Shown in pieces: positions 48,782-57,342 of a stretch of DNA of 64,000 bases. Where the stretch lies: positions 20,659 to 84,658 of the forward strand of contig JAHLWS010000069.1 of the NCBI GenBank assembly GCA_019057795.1. The letters run 5' to 3'. The stretch's first letter is position 1. Each line of letters begins with the position of its first letter. Below the pieces are notes generated by a model. That model had not been told where the DNA came from. It saw nothing but the letters and a program-made list of their open reading frames with translations, and did not search any database. The stretch is from Promethearchaeota archaeon. GTDB taxonomy: Archaea > Asgardarchaeota > Lokiarchaeia > Sigyniarchaeales > SOKP01. A program made the translations under genes and the position numbers.

Positions 48782-51070
48782 ATGACAAAGAAAAGCCCAA
48801 TGGAATTATTTAAGGTAAATATTAATCGTAATTACAAGGATCTTCTATTACAACACCTATCCCAGCTTAATCTAGTTCACATTAAAACGAAACCTGAAAT
48901 AAGCGACATAATTGAAAAAGATAAAGTTTTGTTTGATAGAATTAAGAAATTAAGCCAAAATTTAGAAACCTTATTCAAAAACCTTAATATTACTGAATCT
49001 GACTTCCAGAAATTAATATTTGAAAAAGAAGAGAGAAAAGAATTTGATGCTAAAGATATAGACGATTTGTTAAATCAAATATTGAGTGAAATTAATTTTT
49101 ATTCAAACCGTGTTAATGAGTTAAAAAGATATATGATCACTATCAAAGTGGAATTGGATAAAATAAATTTGATTCATGTAAGTTACATATTTTTGGAAAA
49201 ATATGATTTAACGCGAACTAAATTATCGAAGTTTAATCGATTAGAATTTAAAGCCTTTACAACCTTCTCAAAGAACCTCGAAAATATAGAGAATCTTTTT
49301 GAATTTTCTTATTTTCCGAATTTTTTTCAGTATGATTTTTTAAGCGATGAAAGAATTGCCTTTTTCGTAATCTATCCAAAGGAAAAAGAAGAGGCATTTA
49401 GAGAGAGAATACGCCTCATTCATGCCGAAGAAGTACCGATTCTTAAAAAATATTTGCAGTCAAATGGGATAAACTTTCCTCGTATAGCAGATGAAATCAA
49501 GTTTATTGTGTCGTCCTTAAATAAATATCAAAAGGAATTAGAACGATTAAGAGACAATAACATACTATTATTTGCTGCTACGAATGAGATCATGCAAAAT
49601 ATAGAAGAATATAATTGGGCTTCACATCAATTCGAAGAATTATCTTTAAATCGATTAAGTTTGAGTTTTTTTATTCCACAAGAAAAAAAACAAGAAATAC
49701 AAAAGGGGTTGATTGAAAAGTTCCAAGATCAAATAACGATTGAATCAATCGCTATTACAAAAGATAGATCTGTTAGTTTAAAAGAAGATAAGAGCCATAT
49801 ACGCCCAAGAAAGTCACCAGACTCCAAAAGGAAAGACTCTTCATTAAAGGAAGAACCGACCAATAATAATAAAGAAATTAAAAAGGATTTAAGAAATACA
49901 GCTCCTACAATTATGAAGAATAATTTCTTTATGAGACCCTTTGAAACTATTACTAAAATGTACGGTGTTCCTGCTTATTCAGAAATTGATCCCACTCCCT
50001 TTTTGGCAATAACATTCCCAATTTTGTTTGGATTGATGTTTGGGGATATTGGACATGGTATCACATTAATTATCTCCGGTTTAATTGGAGCATTTGTCTT
50101 TAGGAACAAAAAAAGTACCGATTTCTTAAATTTTTGCTGGATCATTCTGTATTGTGGAATCGGTTCTATACTAGTTGGGATTTTATATGGCGAATTTTTT
50201 GGGATGCATGACATTGAATTATTTGGAACGATTTTTTTACACTTAGAACCTGTTACCATTCCATTTTTGAATATCACTTTACACAATCCATTGGAAAATA
50301 TAATGGTTGTTTTTAAGTTTGCTATATTAATTGGGGTAGTACATATTAATTTGGGCTGGTTCATACAATTTTTGAATTATTGGAAGCAGCATAGAAAATA
50401 CTTAGGTTTTACTGACTCTTTAGTTAAAATCTGGTTATTAACTGGGGGAACTATTTTAATTTTTACTTTTGGTTTTGATATCTATGTATGGATGGCACCT
50501 CCTTACCCAATTTTGTTGCCCTTGCTCCCAGGTATATTATTAATACTCTTAAAACCATTTGGCAAAATTTTCCACATTTCTTATTTGAAAGAAGAGACAA
50601 TTGGAGGCCTTATAGGGGAAGGTACAATGGAGTCATTTGAAACATTATTATCGATAATGAGCAATGTAGCATCTTATATAAGATTACTAGCTTTAGCTTT
50701 AGCACATATCTCTTTAATGGTCGCAATTCAAGCAATGGGGAATTTATTTCAAGGTGGGGCGTTTATTAACGAGATAATTAATATAGTAGGATTGATATTA
50801 GGTAATACGCTTGTTATTTTACTAGAAGGATTACTTGTTTTTATAAATACCATCAGGCTCCATTTTTATGAATTTTTCTTCAAATTCTATCAAGGAACTG
50901 GAGTTACATATATCCCTTTTTATTTAGACGATGAATATTCTATCGTTTCCTTTAAATTAAGCGCCATAAAAGATGTTATTTCCGAAGAAATAGATAAAGA
51001 GATTGAATCAAAGAAAACTCATGAGGATATAATTAAAGCAGAAAAATACATTTATAAAAAATATTTATAA
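48782..51070 (+). CDS. atpI: A-type ATPase membrane subunit I (V-type a homolog)
   Basis: Cytoplasmic N-terminal half followed by a multi-TM C-terminal half. The latter contains PYGVPAYSEIDPTP and the essential-Arg motif SYIRLLALALAH. Confidence 0.9.
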   Translation: MTKKSPMELFKVNINRNYKDLLLQHLSQLNLVHIKTKPEISDIIEKDKVLFDRIKKLSQNLETLFKNLNITESDFQKLIFEKEERKEFDAKDIDDLLNQILSEINFYSNRVNELKRYMITIKVELDKINLIHVSYIFLEKYDLTRTKLSKFNRLEFKAFTTFSKNLENIENLFEFSYFPNFFQYDFLSDERIAFFVIYPKEKEEAFRERIRLIHAEEVPILKKYLQSNGINFPRIADEIKFIVSSLNKYQKELERLRDNNILLFAATNEIMQNIEEYNWASHQFEELSLNRLSLSFFIPQEKKQEIQKGLIEKFQDQITIESIAITKDRSVSLKEDKSHIRPRKSPDSKRKDSSLKEEPTNNNKEIKKDLRNTAPTIMKNNFFMRPFETITKMYGVPAYSEIDPTPFLAITFPILFGLMFGDIGHGITLIISGLIGAFVFRNKKSTDFLNFCWIILYCGIGSILVGILYGEFFGMHDIELFGTIFLHLEPVTIPFLNITLHNPLENIMVVFKFAILIGVVHINLGWFIQFLNYWKQHRKYLGFTDSLVKIWLLTGGTILIFTFGFDIYVWMAPPYPILLPLLPGILLILLKPFGKIFHISYLKEETIGGLIGEGTMESFETLLSIMSNVASYIRLLALALAHISLMVAIQAMGNLFQGGAFINEIINIVGLILGNTLVILLEGLLVFINTIRLHFYEFFFKFYQGTGVTYIPFYLDDEYSIVSFKLSAIKDVISEEIDKEIESKKTHEDIIKAEKYIYKKYL

Positions 51071-51090
51071 AGTAGGTTTATTGTAAAAAT

Positions 51091-51615
51091 ATGAAAACCG
51101 AAAACACGAAAGAAAACTCATCCAAGAAAAATATTTTTCTCAAAATATTACTACCAATTGTTTGTCTAGTTGTGATAATCTTTTTATATATTATTTTGAT
51201 GGAATTTGGAGTACATCCACTTCTCATTATTTTAATACTAGGATTTGTGCTGTTACTGTTTGTAGGATCCTTTTTTATGGAAAAAAAGCAAAGCCCAATT
51301 TATTCAAAAATTTTTCCTTATAAAAAAAGAAGAAGTCAAGATTTTCATCGAAAATTGGAAATAAAGATAGAAACGGAACCTGAGAAACCGGTTCAAAAAG
51401 ATTTTAAAGAAGTGAATCTAAACTTTAAGTATCGCAAATCCCTTATGAATAAATGCGAAAATTGCGGGATGCTTATAACAAGCTACAGGAAAAATTGCCC
51501 TACATGTGGTCAAGCACTTGAAATGAAAGAAATTGTGAAGAAATGTAAAAATTGCGGAATGTTAATTACAAAGTCTGTGAAAATATGTCCAATTTGTAGA
51601 AAGCGAACAATATAA
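51091..51615 (+). CDS. Membrane-anchored double zinc-ribbon protein
   Basis: Two N-terminal TM helices followed by two near-identical CxxC-N11-CxxC units (KCENCGMLITSYRKNCPTCG and KCKNCGMLITKSVKICPICR). Confidence 0.6.
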   Translation: MKTENTKENSSKKNIFLKILLPIVCLVVIIFLYIILMEFGVHPLLIILILGFVLLLFVGSFFMEKKQSPIYSKIFPYKKRRSQDFHRKLEIKIETEPEKPVQKDFKEVNLNFKYRKSLMNKCENCGMLITSYRKNCPTCGQALEMKEIVKKCKNCGMLITKSVKICPICRKRTI

Positions 51616-51657
51616 TAAAAAACATAATGTTAACTTACATGGTAGGATTAGTAAAAA

Positions 51658-53469
51658 ATGGTCACAGAAACAAATAATTCTAATTTGGGTTTTATATCTG
51701 CCGTCAATGGATCATTAGTGGAGGTTAAAGGATTAGAAAATCAGGTTCGGCTTCACGATTTAATTAAGATTAGTAAATATAACATTATTTGTCAGGTAAT
51801 TCAAATCTACGCGAATCGAGTAATAGCCCAATCTTTTGAAAGTACTAATAGTATAAAGTTACACGATAAAGTAATTAATCTCAACGAACCTTTATCCATG
51901 GAGTTAGCACCAGGATTGTTAGCAAATGTTTTTGATGGAATTCAGAGACCTTTAGATCTTACTTTCAGCCAGTTTAAAGAAGGAAGATTAGGAAGAGGCC
52001 TTGAATTTCCCTCTTTATCAAGAACAAAAAAATGGCATTTTATTCCATCAAGCAAAATAAATGATTCTTTAAGTAGTGGAGATGAAATTGGTACCGTTCA
52101 AGAAACATCCTTTTTTGAACATAAAATAATGATTCCTCCTGAAAATTCTGGTATTTTATCGTTTATTGTTGACGAAGGTGATTATACAATCATCGAAGAG
52201 ATATATACCTTGAAAAAGCAGAATGTAGAAAAATCTTTTTGTATGTTACAAAAATGGCCAGTCACTATGAGCAAACCTTATAGCTCAAAAGAGCAACCTA
52301 GCGAACCTTTACTAACTGGCTTGCGTATTGTAGATTTATTGTTCCCCATAGCTAAAGGTGGTACTTTTGCGGTTCCAGGAGGGTTTGGAACTGGTAAAAC
52401 AATTATTTCACAACATATAGCTAAATTTTGTAACGCAGAAATTTGCGTTTTTATAGGATGTGGAGAGCCTGGCAATGAAATTGCAAATTTTCTAAAACAA
52501 TTCACGGAAACTATCGATCCCAAAACGGGAAGACCTTTAATAGAACATATTGTTCTTATTGCTAATACTTCAAATATGCCCGTATCTGCTCGCGAAGCAA
52601 GCCTTTTTTCAGGAATTACAATAGCAGAATATTATAGAGATATGGGTTACGATGTTGCCGTTGTAGCAGATAGTATTTCGAGATGGGCAGAATCATTAAG
52701 GGAGATCTCAGGGTTATTAGAGGAAATGCCTGCTGAAGAGGGTTATCCTGCGTATTTGCCATCGAAACTATCAAGTTTCTTTGAACGAGCCGGTGTTATT
52801 ACAACTTTAGGGAAAAAAAAAGGATCAATTACAATCATAGGATCGTTATCTCCACCAGCTGGTGATTTTAGCGAACCGGTTACCGCAGCTACTAAACGTG
52901 TTGTTCAGGGGATTTGGGCTTTAGACCCTAAATTAGCATATCTAAAACATTATCCTGCAATTAGTTGGATCAGTTCATATTCCAATTATCCTGAGTATGT
53001 AGCAGAATGGTGGAGCGAGAGAGACATTGTTTGGCCTGAGATAAATTTAAACTGGTTTGAGTGTAGAAAACAAGTAAATGAGATTTTAGCAAAAGAAAAC
53101 GAGTTGAAATATCTTACCCAGCTACTAGGGCTAAAGAATTTAGCTGAAGATCAAAGGTTAGAAATTTTTACGGCAAATCTAATAAGAAATGCTTTTTTAG
53201 TTCAAAACGCTTTCAACGAAGTAGATAGTTATACGAGTAGTAGAAAATTGCTAGGGTTAGTAAAAGTAACACTTTTATTATATAATAAAACTAAATCACT
53301 CGTAAAGCGAGGCTTTCTAATTGATGAGAAGAGGTGTGATGAAATTCTCAATGAGATTATGAAAATTAGCCATTATGCTCCTAATGAAAATTTTGAACAA
53401 ATTGAAGAGCTAAGGGATAAAATTAATAATGAATCTTTAGGTTTAGTTTTTAAAGTTCATCGAAGATAG
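51658..53469 (+). CDS. Second, diverged A-type ATPase A-subunit paralog (catalytic-loop Arg replaced)
   Basis: Full-length collinear similarity to atpA (44890..46731). Walker [10 protein letters not shown] is intact, but the sequence reads GCGEPGNE instead of GCGERGNE and DSISRW instead of DSTSRW. Confidence 0.9.
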   Translation: MVTETNNSNLGFISAVNGSLVEVKGLENQVRLHDLIKISKYNIICQVIQIYANRVIAQSFESTNSIKLHDKVINLNEPLSMELAPGLLANVFDGIQRPLDLTFSQFKEGRLGRGLEFPSLSRTKKWHFIPSSKINDSLSSGDEIGTVQETSFFEHKIMIPPENSGILSFIVDEGDYTIIEEIYTLKKQNVEKSFCMLQKWPVTMSKPYSSKEQPSEPLLTGLRIVDLLFPIAKGGTFAVPGGFGTGKTIISQHIAKFCNAEICVFIGCGEPGNEIANFLKQFTETIDPKTGRPLIEHIVLIANTSNMPVSAREASLFSGITIAEYYRDMGYDVAVVADSISRWAESLREISGLLEEMPAEEGYPAYLPSKLSSFFERAGVITTLGKKKGSITIIGSLSPPAGDFSEPVTAATKRVVQGIWALDPKLAYLKHYPAISWISSYSNYPEYVAEWWSERDIVWPEINLNWFECRKQVNEILAKENELKYLTQLLGLKNLAEDQRLEIFTANLIRNAFLVQNAFNEVDSYTSSRKLLGLVKVTLLLYNKTKSLVKRGFLIDEKRCDEILNEIMKISHYAPNENFEQIEELRDKINNESLGLVFKVHRR

Positions 53470-53505
53470 AAAACCTATTATCTATTTTTAAGGTTTGTCT
53501 GCGTC

Positions 53506-54108
53506 TCATGGTTTGAACCATTCAAAGAAGTAATAACTCATTGTTAATGGATTGGCGATTACAAATTTCTTCCTTACAGAGGTTGCCAACCTTCCAGCTC
53601 GAACCATATCAATCGCAGTTATTTTTGCATCATGAGGTAATACATGAGCAATAAACGCTGAATGCTCTAACCCTGGTCCTTTCTTATACACTACAAAATC
53701 AGCGCCAAATTTTAGCCCCGGACGAGGAATGTATCCCTTTTTCCTTAAATCTTGGTAAATAATATATTTTTCTTCAAATTTATGATGTATTTTTTTTCCT
53801 ATTTCGTGAAATTCTTTGGTAGAAAGGTATTTATCGCTCTTCGCGTCAAATATAGTAATTTTTTCTTTTTCTAACAAGAAAAGTGCTTCAATTAGGGATA
53901 ATTCCGATGGTTTAGAGAAATATTCTAAACGTGGTTTACTAATCCCGAGAGGAGCCCCAAAAAACTTTTGTTTAACATATAAATAGGAAGCATGCAGTGG
54001 ATTAAACACAATTACGCGATTATTAATAAATTTAGTTGGAATCTTTTTAGGGATGTCGTCGTCGTTTAAATCCTCCAGCGAAATGGGAGTCTCTTTTTCT
54101 TTACTCAT
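53506..54108 (-). CDS. endA: tRNA-splicing endonuclease
   Basis: C-terminal catalytic domain pattern YQDLRKKGY..RPG.KFGADFVVYKKGPGLEHSAFIAHV...R.A.SV.K. Confidence 0.8.
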   Translation of the reverse strand: MSKEKETPISLEDLNDDDIPKKIPTKFINNRVIVFNPLHASYLYVKQKFFGAPLGISKPRLEYFSKPSELSLIEALFLLEKEKITIFDAKSDKYLSTKEFHEIGKKIHHKFEEKYIIYQDLRKKGYIPRPGLKFGADFVVYKKGPGLEHSAFIAHVLPHDAKITAIDMVRAGRLATSVRKKFVIANPLTMSYYFFEWFKP

Positions 54109-54233
54109 CTAATTAGATGTATAACGGATAATTTAATAATTCTTCCAATTTAACTAGCAATAGATAAAATTATATAAATTTTTAATACAATTGTTTTAAT
54201 AGAATAATTTAAATCATTCACTCAAAATTAAAT

Positions 54234-55157
54234 TTGGTATTAAGAGAATCTTCTGCCGCGGGAATTTATTATCCACGATCCAAATCGGATTTAATTAAAA
54301 TGTTGGATGAATCCTTTTTAGATAAAGAATTTGGCCCAAATGAAAAATTCGACTCTTTAAACGAAAAAACAAGAACAGTATTTGGTGGAATATCTCCACA
54401 CGGGGGTTACGTTTATTCTGGTAGCTGTGCGGCGCATATGTATTTACATTTGTTTAAGGAAAAAATCCCGGATACAGTTGTAATATTAGCCACTGAAGAT
54501 TTAGGATATAACAACATTGCTTTATTAGAAGTAGGTGAATGGGAAACTCCTTTAGGTAACTTAGAGGTTGATAGCGATTTGTCTCAAAAATTGCTAAAAA
54601 CGAGTAGCATGGTTAAAGGAGATGATTCTGCATTTGTTGGATTTCCCTTTGGAAGAGAATACTACATTGATGTACAATTGCCGTTTATTAAATATTGTGC
54701 GTTAAAGAGAGAGATAAAAATCTTGCCAATTATTATTTCTATAATGGATTATGATAAATTAGATAAATTATCTGAAAATATCGCGAGAGCAGTCCAATCC
54801 TTAAACAAAGATATAGTATTTATAGGTTCTACAGATATGAGTCATATTATTTGTAAAGATGAATTTACTGCTGAACTTAAAGTGCAAGAAATGCTCTTAG
54901 CAGATAAAACTGTAATCAAATCGTTTACAGAATTTAATCCAAAGAAGATTTTTTTTGATGCGTCAAAATCTTCTATAAAAGGGCCACAAATTCTTACCAC
55001 ATTAATGCTAATATGTAAAAGGATGGGTGCTAACGAATGTAGAGCTCTAAGTTATTACACTAGTTATGACAAAGGTGGAGGAGCTGGTCCATGTAAATAT
55101 AATGTAGGATATTTTTCGGGGATTATTATAAAAGATTTAATAGAAAAAGAACAATAA
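54234..55157 (+). CDS. Memo-family (AmmeMemoRadiSam system protein B-like) paralog 1, with substitutions at conserved metal-site positions
   Basis: AAGIYYP, GGISPHGGYVYSG, STDMSH are present. However, it has ATEDLG instead of GTDHVG and SIKGPQ instead of TVCGAQ. TTG start. Confidence 0.75.
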   Translation: MVLRESSAAGIYYPRSKSDLIKMLDESFLDKEFGPNEKFDSLNEKTRTVFGGISPHGGYVYSGSCAAHMYLHLFKEKIPDTVVILATEDLGYNNIALLEVGEWETPLGNLEVDSDLSQKLLKTSSMVKGDDSAFVGFPFGREYYIDVQLPFIKYCALKREIKILPIIISIMDYDKLDKLSENIARAVQSLNKDIVFIGSTDMSHIICKDEFTAELKVQEMLLADKTVIKSFTEFNPKKIFFDASKSSIKGPQILTTLMLICKRMGANECRALSYYTSYDKGGGAGPCKYNVGYFSGIIIKDLIEKEQ

Positions 55158-55171
55158 TTATTTAGAAGAAG

Positions 55172-56062
55172 GTGACAAAATTGGTTATAAGAAAAGCATC
55201 ACATGCGGGAAGTTGGTACCCTGGCAAAAAAGAAGATTTAATAAAAAACCTTGATTATTTGTTTTCTGATAAAGAGTTTGGGCCAGGTAAATTACCTGAG
55301 ACGCTAAACCAAGATAGTAGGACTATAATTGGAGGTGTATCTCCTCATGCGGGATATACCTTTTCTGGAAGATGTGCCGCCTTTACGTATTTGAACTTAT
55401 TTAAAGAAAAAATCCCGGATACAGTTATCGTATTAGGGACTGATCATGTTGGCTATGGAAAGGTGGCTCTATTAGGAGATGGCGCTTGGGAAACGCCTTT
55501 AGGAAACTTACTAATTGACGATGAATTATCTAAAAAGATTTTAGATACAAGTGAAATTATTGTTGAAGATCGTTCTGCCTTCACTGGCTTCATGGAACAA
55601 GAACACAATATTGAAATACAATTACCTTTCATTAAATATTGCGCTAAAGATAAAGATGTAAAAATAGTAACGCTAAAAATTGGAATTAGAAGGGATTATA
55701 ACATATTTGAGAAAATAGCTTCTGATATATCTGCAGCAATTAAGGCGTTAAATAAAGATATTGTTATTGTAGCATCGTCTGATATGTCACATAAAGAGGT
55801 TTTTGATACAAATCAATTAAGTGAGTTTAAGAAATTTGATCAAGATGTTATTGATGCTTTTATAGAATTAAATCCTAATAAAACTCTTTCAGCTGCTTCA
55901 AAAACAACCGTATGCGGAGCCCAAACAATAACGACTTTAATGTTAATTTGTGAAAAATTAAACGCAACTAAAGGTGAGTTGTTAAAATATTATACTAGTA
56001 GCGATATTAGGGGAGGATATGGATATTGTGTTGGATATTTTTCGGGAATTATAGTAAAATAA
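55172..56062 (+). CDS. Memo-family (AmmeMemoRadiSam system protein B-like) paralog 2, canonical motifs
   Basis: ASHAGSWYPG, SPHAGYTFSG, LGTDHVG, EHNIEIQLPF, SSDMSHK, TVCGAQ. GTG start. Confidence 0.85.
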   Translation: MTKLVIRKASHAGSWYPGKKEDLIKNLDYLFSDKEFGPGKLPETLNQDSRTIIGGVSPHAGYTFSGRCAAFTYLNLFKEKIPDTVIVLGTDHVGYGKVALLGDGAWETPLGNLLIDDELSKKILDTSEIIVEDRSAFTGFMEQEHNIEIQLPFIKYCAKDKDVKIVTLKIGIRRDYNIFEKIASDISAAIKALNKDIVIVASSDMSHKEVFDTNQLSEFKKFDQDVIDAFIELNPNKTLSAASKTTVCGAQTITTLMLICEKLNATKGELLKYYTSSDIRGGYGYCVGYFSGIIVK

Positions 56063-56098
56063 TATAAAAATAAAAAAACTAAAATTAAAGAAAAAATT

Positions 56099-57211
56099 TT
56101 GAGAAATATGTCAGAGGAAAACGAGGAGAAAGTTGAAGACTTCATCTCTCTTTGGAAAAAAAAAATCACAACAGAAAATAAATCTTCTGTACTTGGTGAG
56201 GCACTAAAAAAAATTGAATCATTACAAAAAGAAAACGAAGATTTAAGAAAAAAAATTGCTACTGATATTAATTTGATAACCCGGTCTGAGGAAATCCTTA
56301 AAAATATTGTTGCTGAAAAAGAAAAATTAAAAGTAGAGAAAGAAGAGGCAGTAATTGAAATAAACATAAAAGTTAACGAATTAGGAGTCGAAAATTCAGA
56401 GCTTAGTAGTAAAGTAAAAAGTATGATAAAACTATTGTTAGAAAAGGACGAAGAAATTAAAGCTAAAGATAGTTTAATATCTGATCTGCAAAAAACGAGA
56501 ATTTCTACTTCAGGATCCACAACTCCAGTAAATAATGCGTTGGTTGAGGAGCTGCAATCTGATTTAAATAAAAGAAAATCTAATGTAACAAATCTAGAGT
56601 CAAAAATTTCATTATTATCGGAAGAGATTAACTCACTAAATAAGCAATTAGTTGAAAAAATGAAAAACGAGCCTGTAGATTATGTACTTCAAGTAGAACC
56701 TCCTAAACCTCCAGAACCTCCCGTTATCAAACCGCTCCATCCTGAACCGTCGTTAATGCCGCTTGAAGCGTTATGTAAAGATCTGCAATTGGATTTAACC
56801 AAATATAAACGAGTGATTGATAAATTAACCAAAGAGAAATCGCAACTTAAGAATGCTTTAGAAGAAAAAGGATTCCAATTTAGCTCTCAAGATTTGGAAT
56901 CATTGAAAGAAGAAAATGAATCCCTTAAAAAAGATCTTGAAGAAATACAAAGTTCTCTTGAGGTTAAGAAAATAGAAGCAACGCAGATTGCTACCCAAAA
57001 CATCGAACAAAAAATCCAAAACCTTGAAAGTAAAATACGAGAAAAGGAAGATGTAATAGCAGACTTAAAATTATCACAGATAACCCCAACTACGGTTTCT
57101 GCGGGCTCAATGCCAGAATTAGTCGAAAATCTACAGAAAAATATAAACAAATTAAAATCAATTATTGCTGAGAAAGACAAAAAGATTTCAGAATTAAGTA
57201 AACAAGTTTAG
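56099..57211 (+). CDS. Long coiled-coil protein with a central Pro-rich linker
   Basis: Heptad-rich E/K/L composition on both sides of VEPPKPPEPPVIKPLHPEPS. No enzymatic motifs. The ATG at 56108 is a possible alternative start. Confidence 0.6.
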   Translation: MRNMSEENEEKVEDFISLWKKKITTENKSSVLGEALKKIESLQKENEDLRKKIATDINLITRSEEILKNIVAEKEKLKVEKEEAVIEINIKVNELGVENSELSSKVKSMIKLLLEKDEEIKAKDSLISDLQKTRISTSGSTTPVNNALVEELQSDLNKRKSNVTNLESKISLLSEEINSLNKQLVEKMKNEPVDYVLQVEPPKPPEPPVIKPLHPEPSLMPLEALCKDLQLDLTKYKRVIDKLTKEKSQLKNALEEKGFQFSSQDLESLKEENESLKKDLEEIQSSLEVKKIEATQIATQNIEQKIQNLESKIREKEDVIADLKLSQITPTTVSAGSMPELVENLQKNINKLKSIIAEKDKKISELSKQV

Positions 57212-57342
57212 CAAATGTAGTTAATTGATTTTTTGCAAATTTATTAAGTCTTGTCTCATTTTTAAGAATGAAGTTCTTTCTTAAATAGATTTTATTTTAA
57301 ACCATAACCAAAAGTTTCAAATATTATAATTAAGTAAGTTCT

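Noticed and set aside
49975-50364. 129-aa minus-strand ORF inside atpI, plus the similar antisense ORFs listed in the track
   Set aside because: All are antisense to well-supported genes and show no family signatures. The group comprises 3418..3726, 4835..5128, 6727..6948, 7567..7749, 7935..8138, 9670..9870, 10286..10615, 10829..11044, 11288..11485, 12246..12491, 12445..12735, 13782..14003, 16573..16827, 19359..19547, 20592..20783, 29574..29759, 30491..30673, 33902..34144, 36238..36438, 37608..37919, 39299..39565, 39562..39861, 40296..40487, 40510..40692, 40785..41048, 42130..42357, 42677..42874, 46823..47128, 47243..47491, 52278..52523, 56887..57180, 57381..57596, 57891..58247, 59206..59448, 61066..61260, 62478..62780 and 63572..63757.
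55990-56520. 176-aa minus-strand ORF
   Set aside because: It is antisense to the GAA/AAA-rich coiled-coil gene. Its Ser/Phe-rich low-complexity translation is what the reverse complement of Glu/Lys codons produces.
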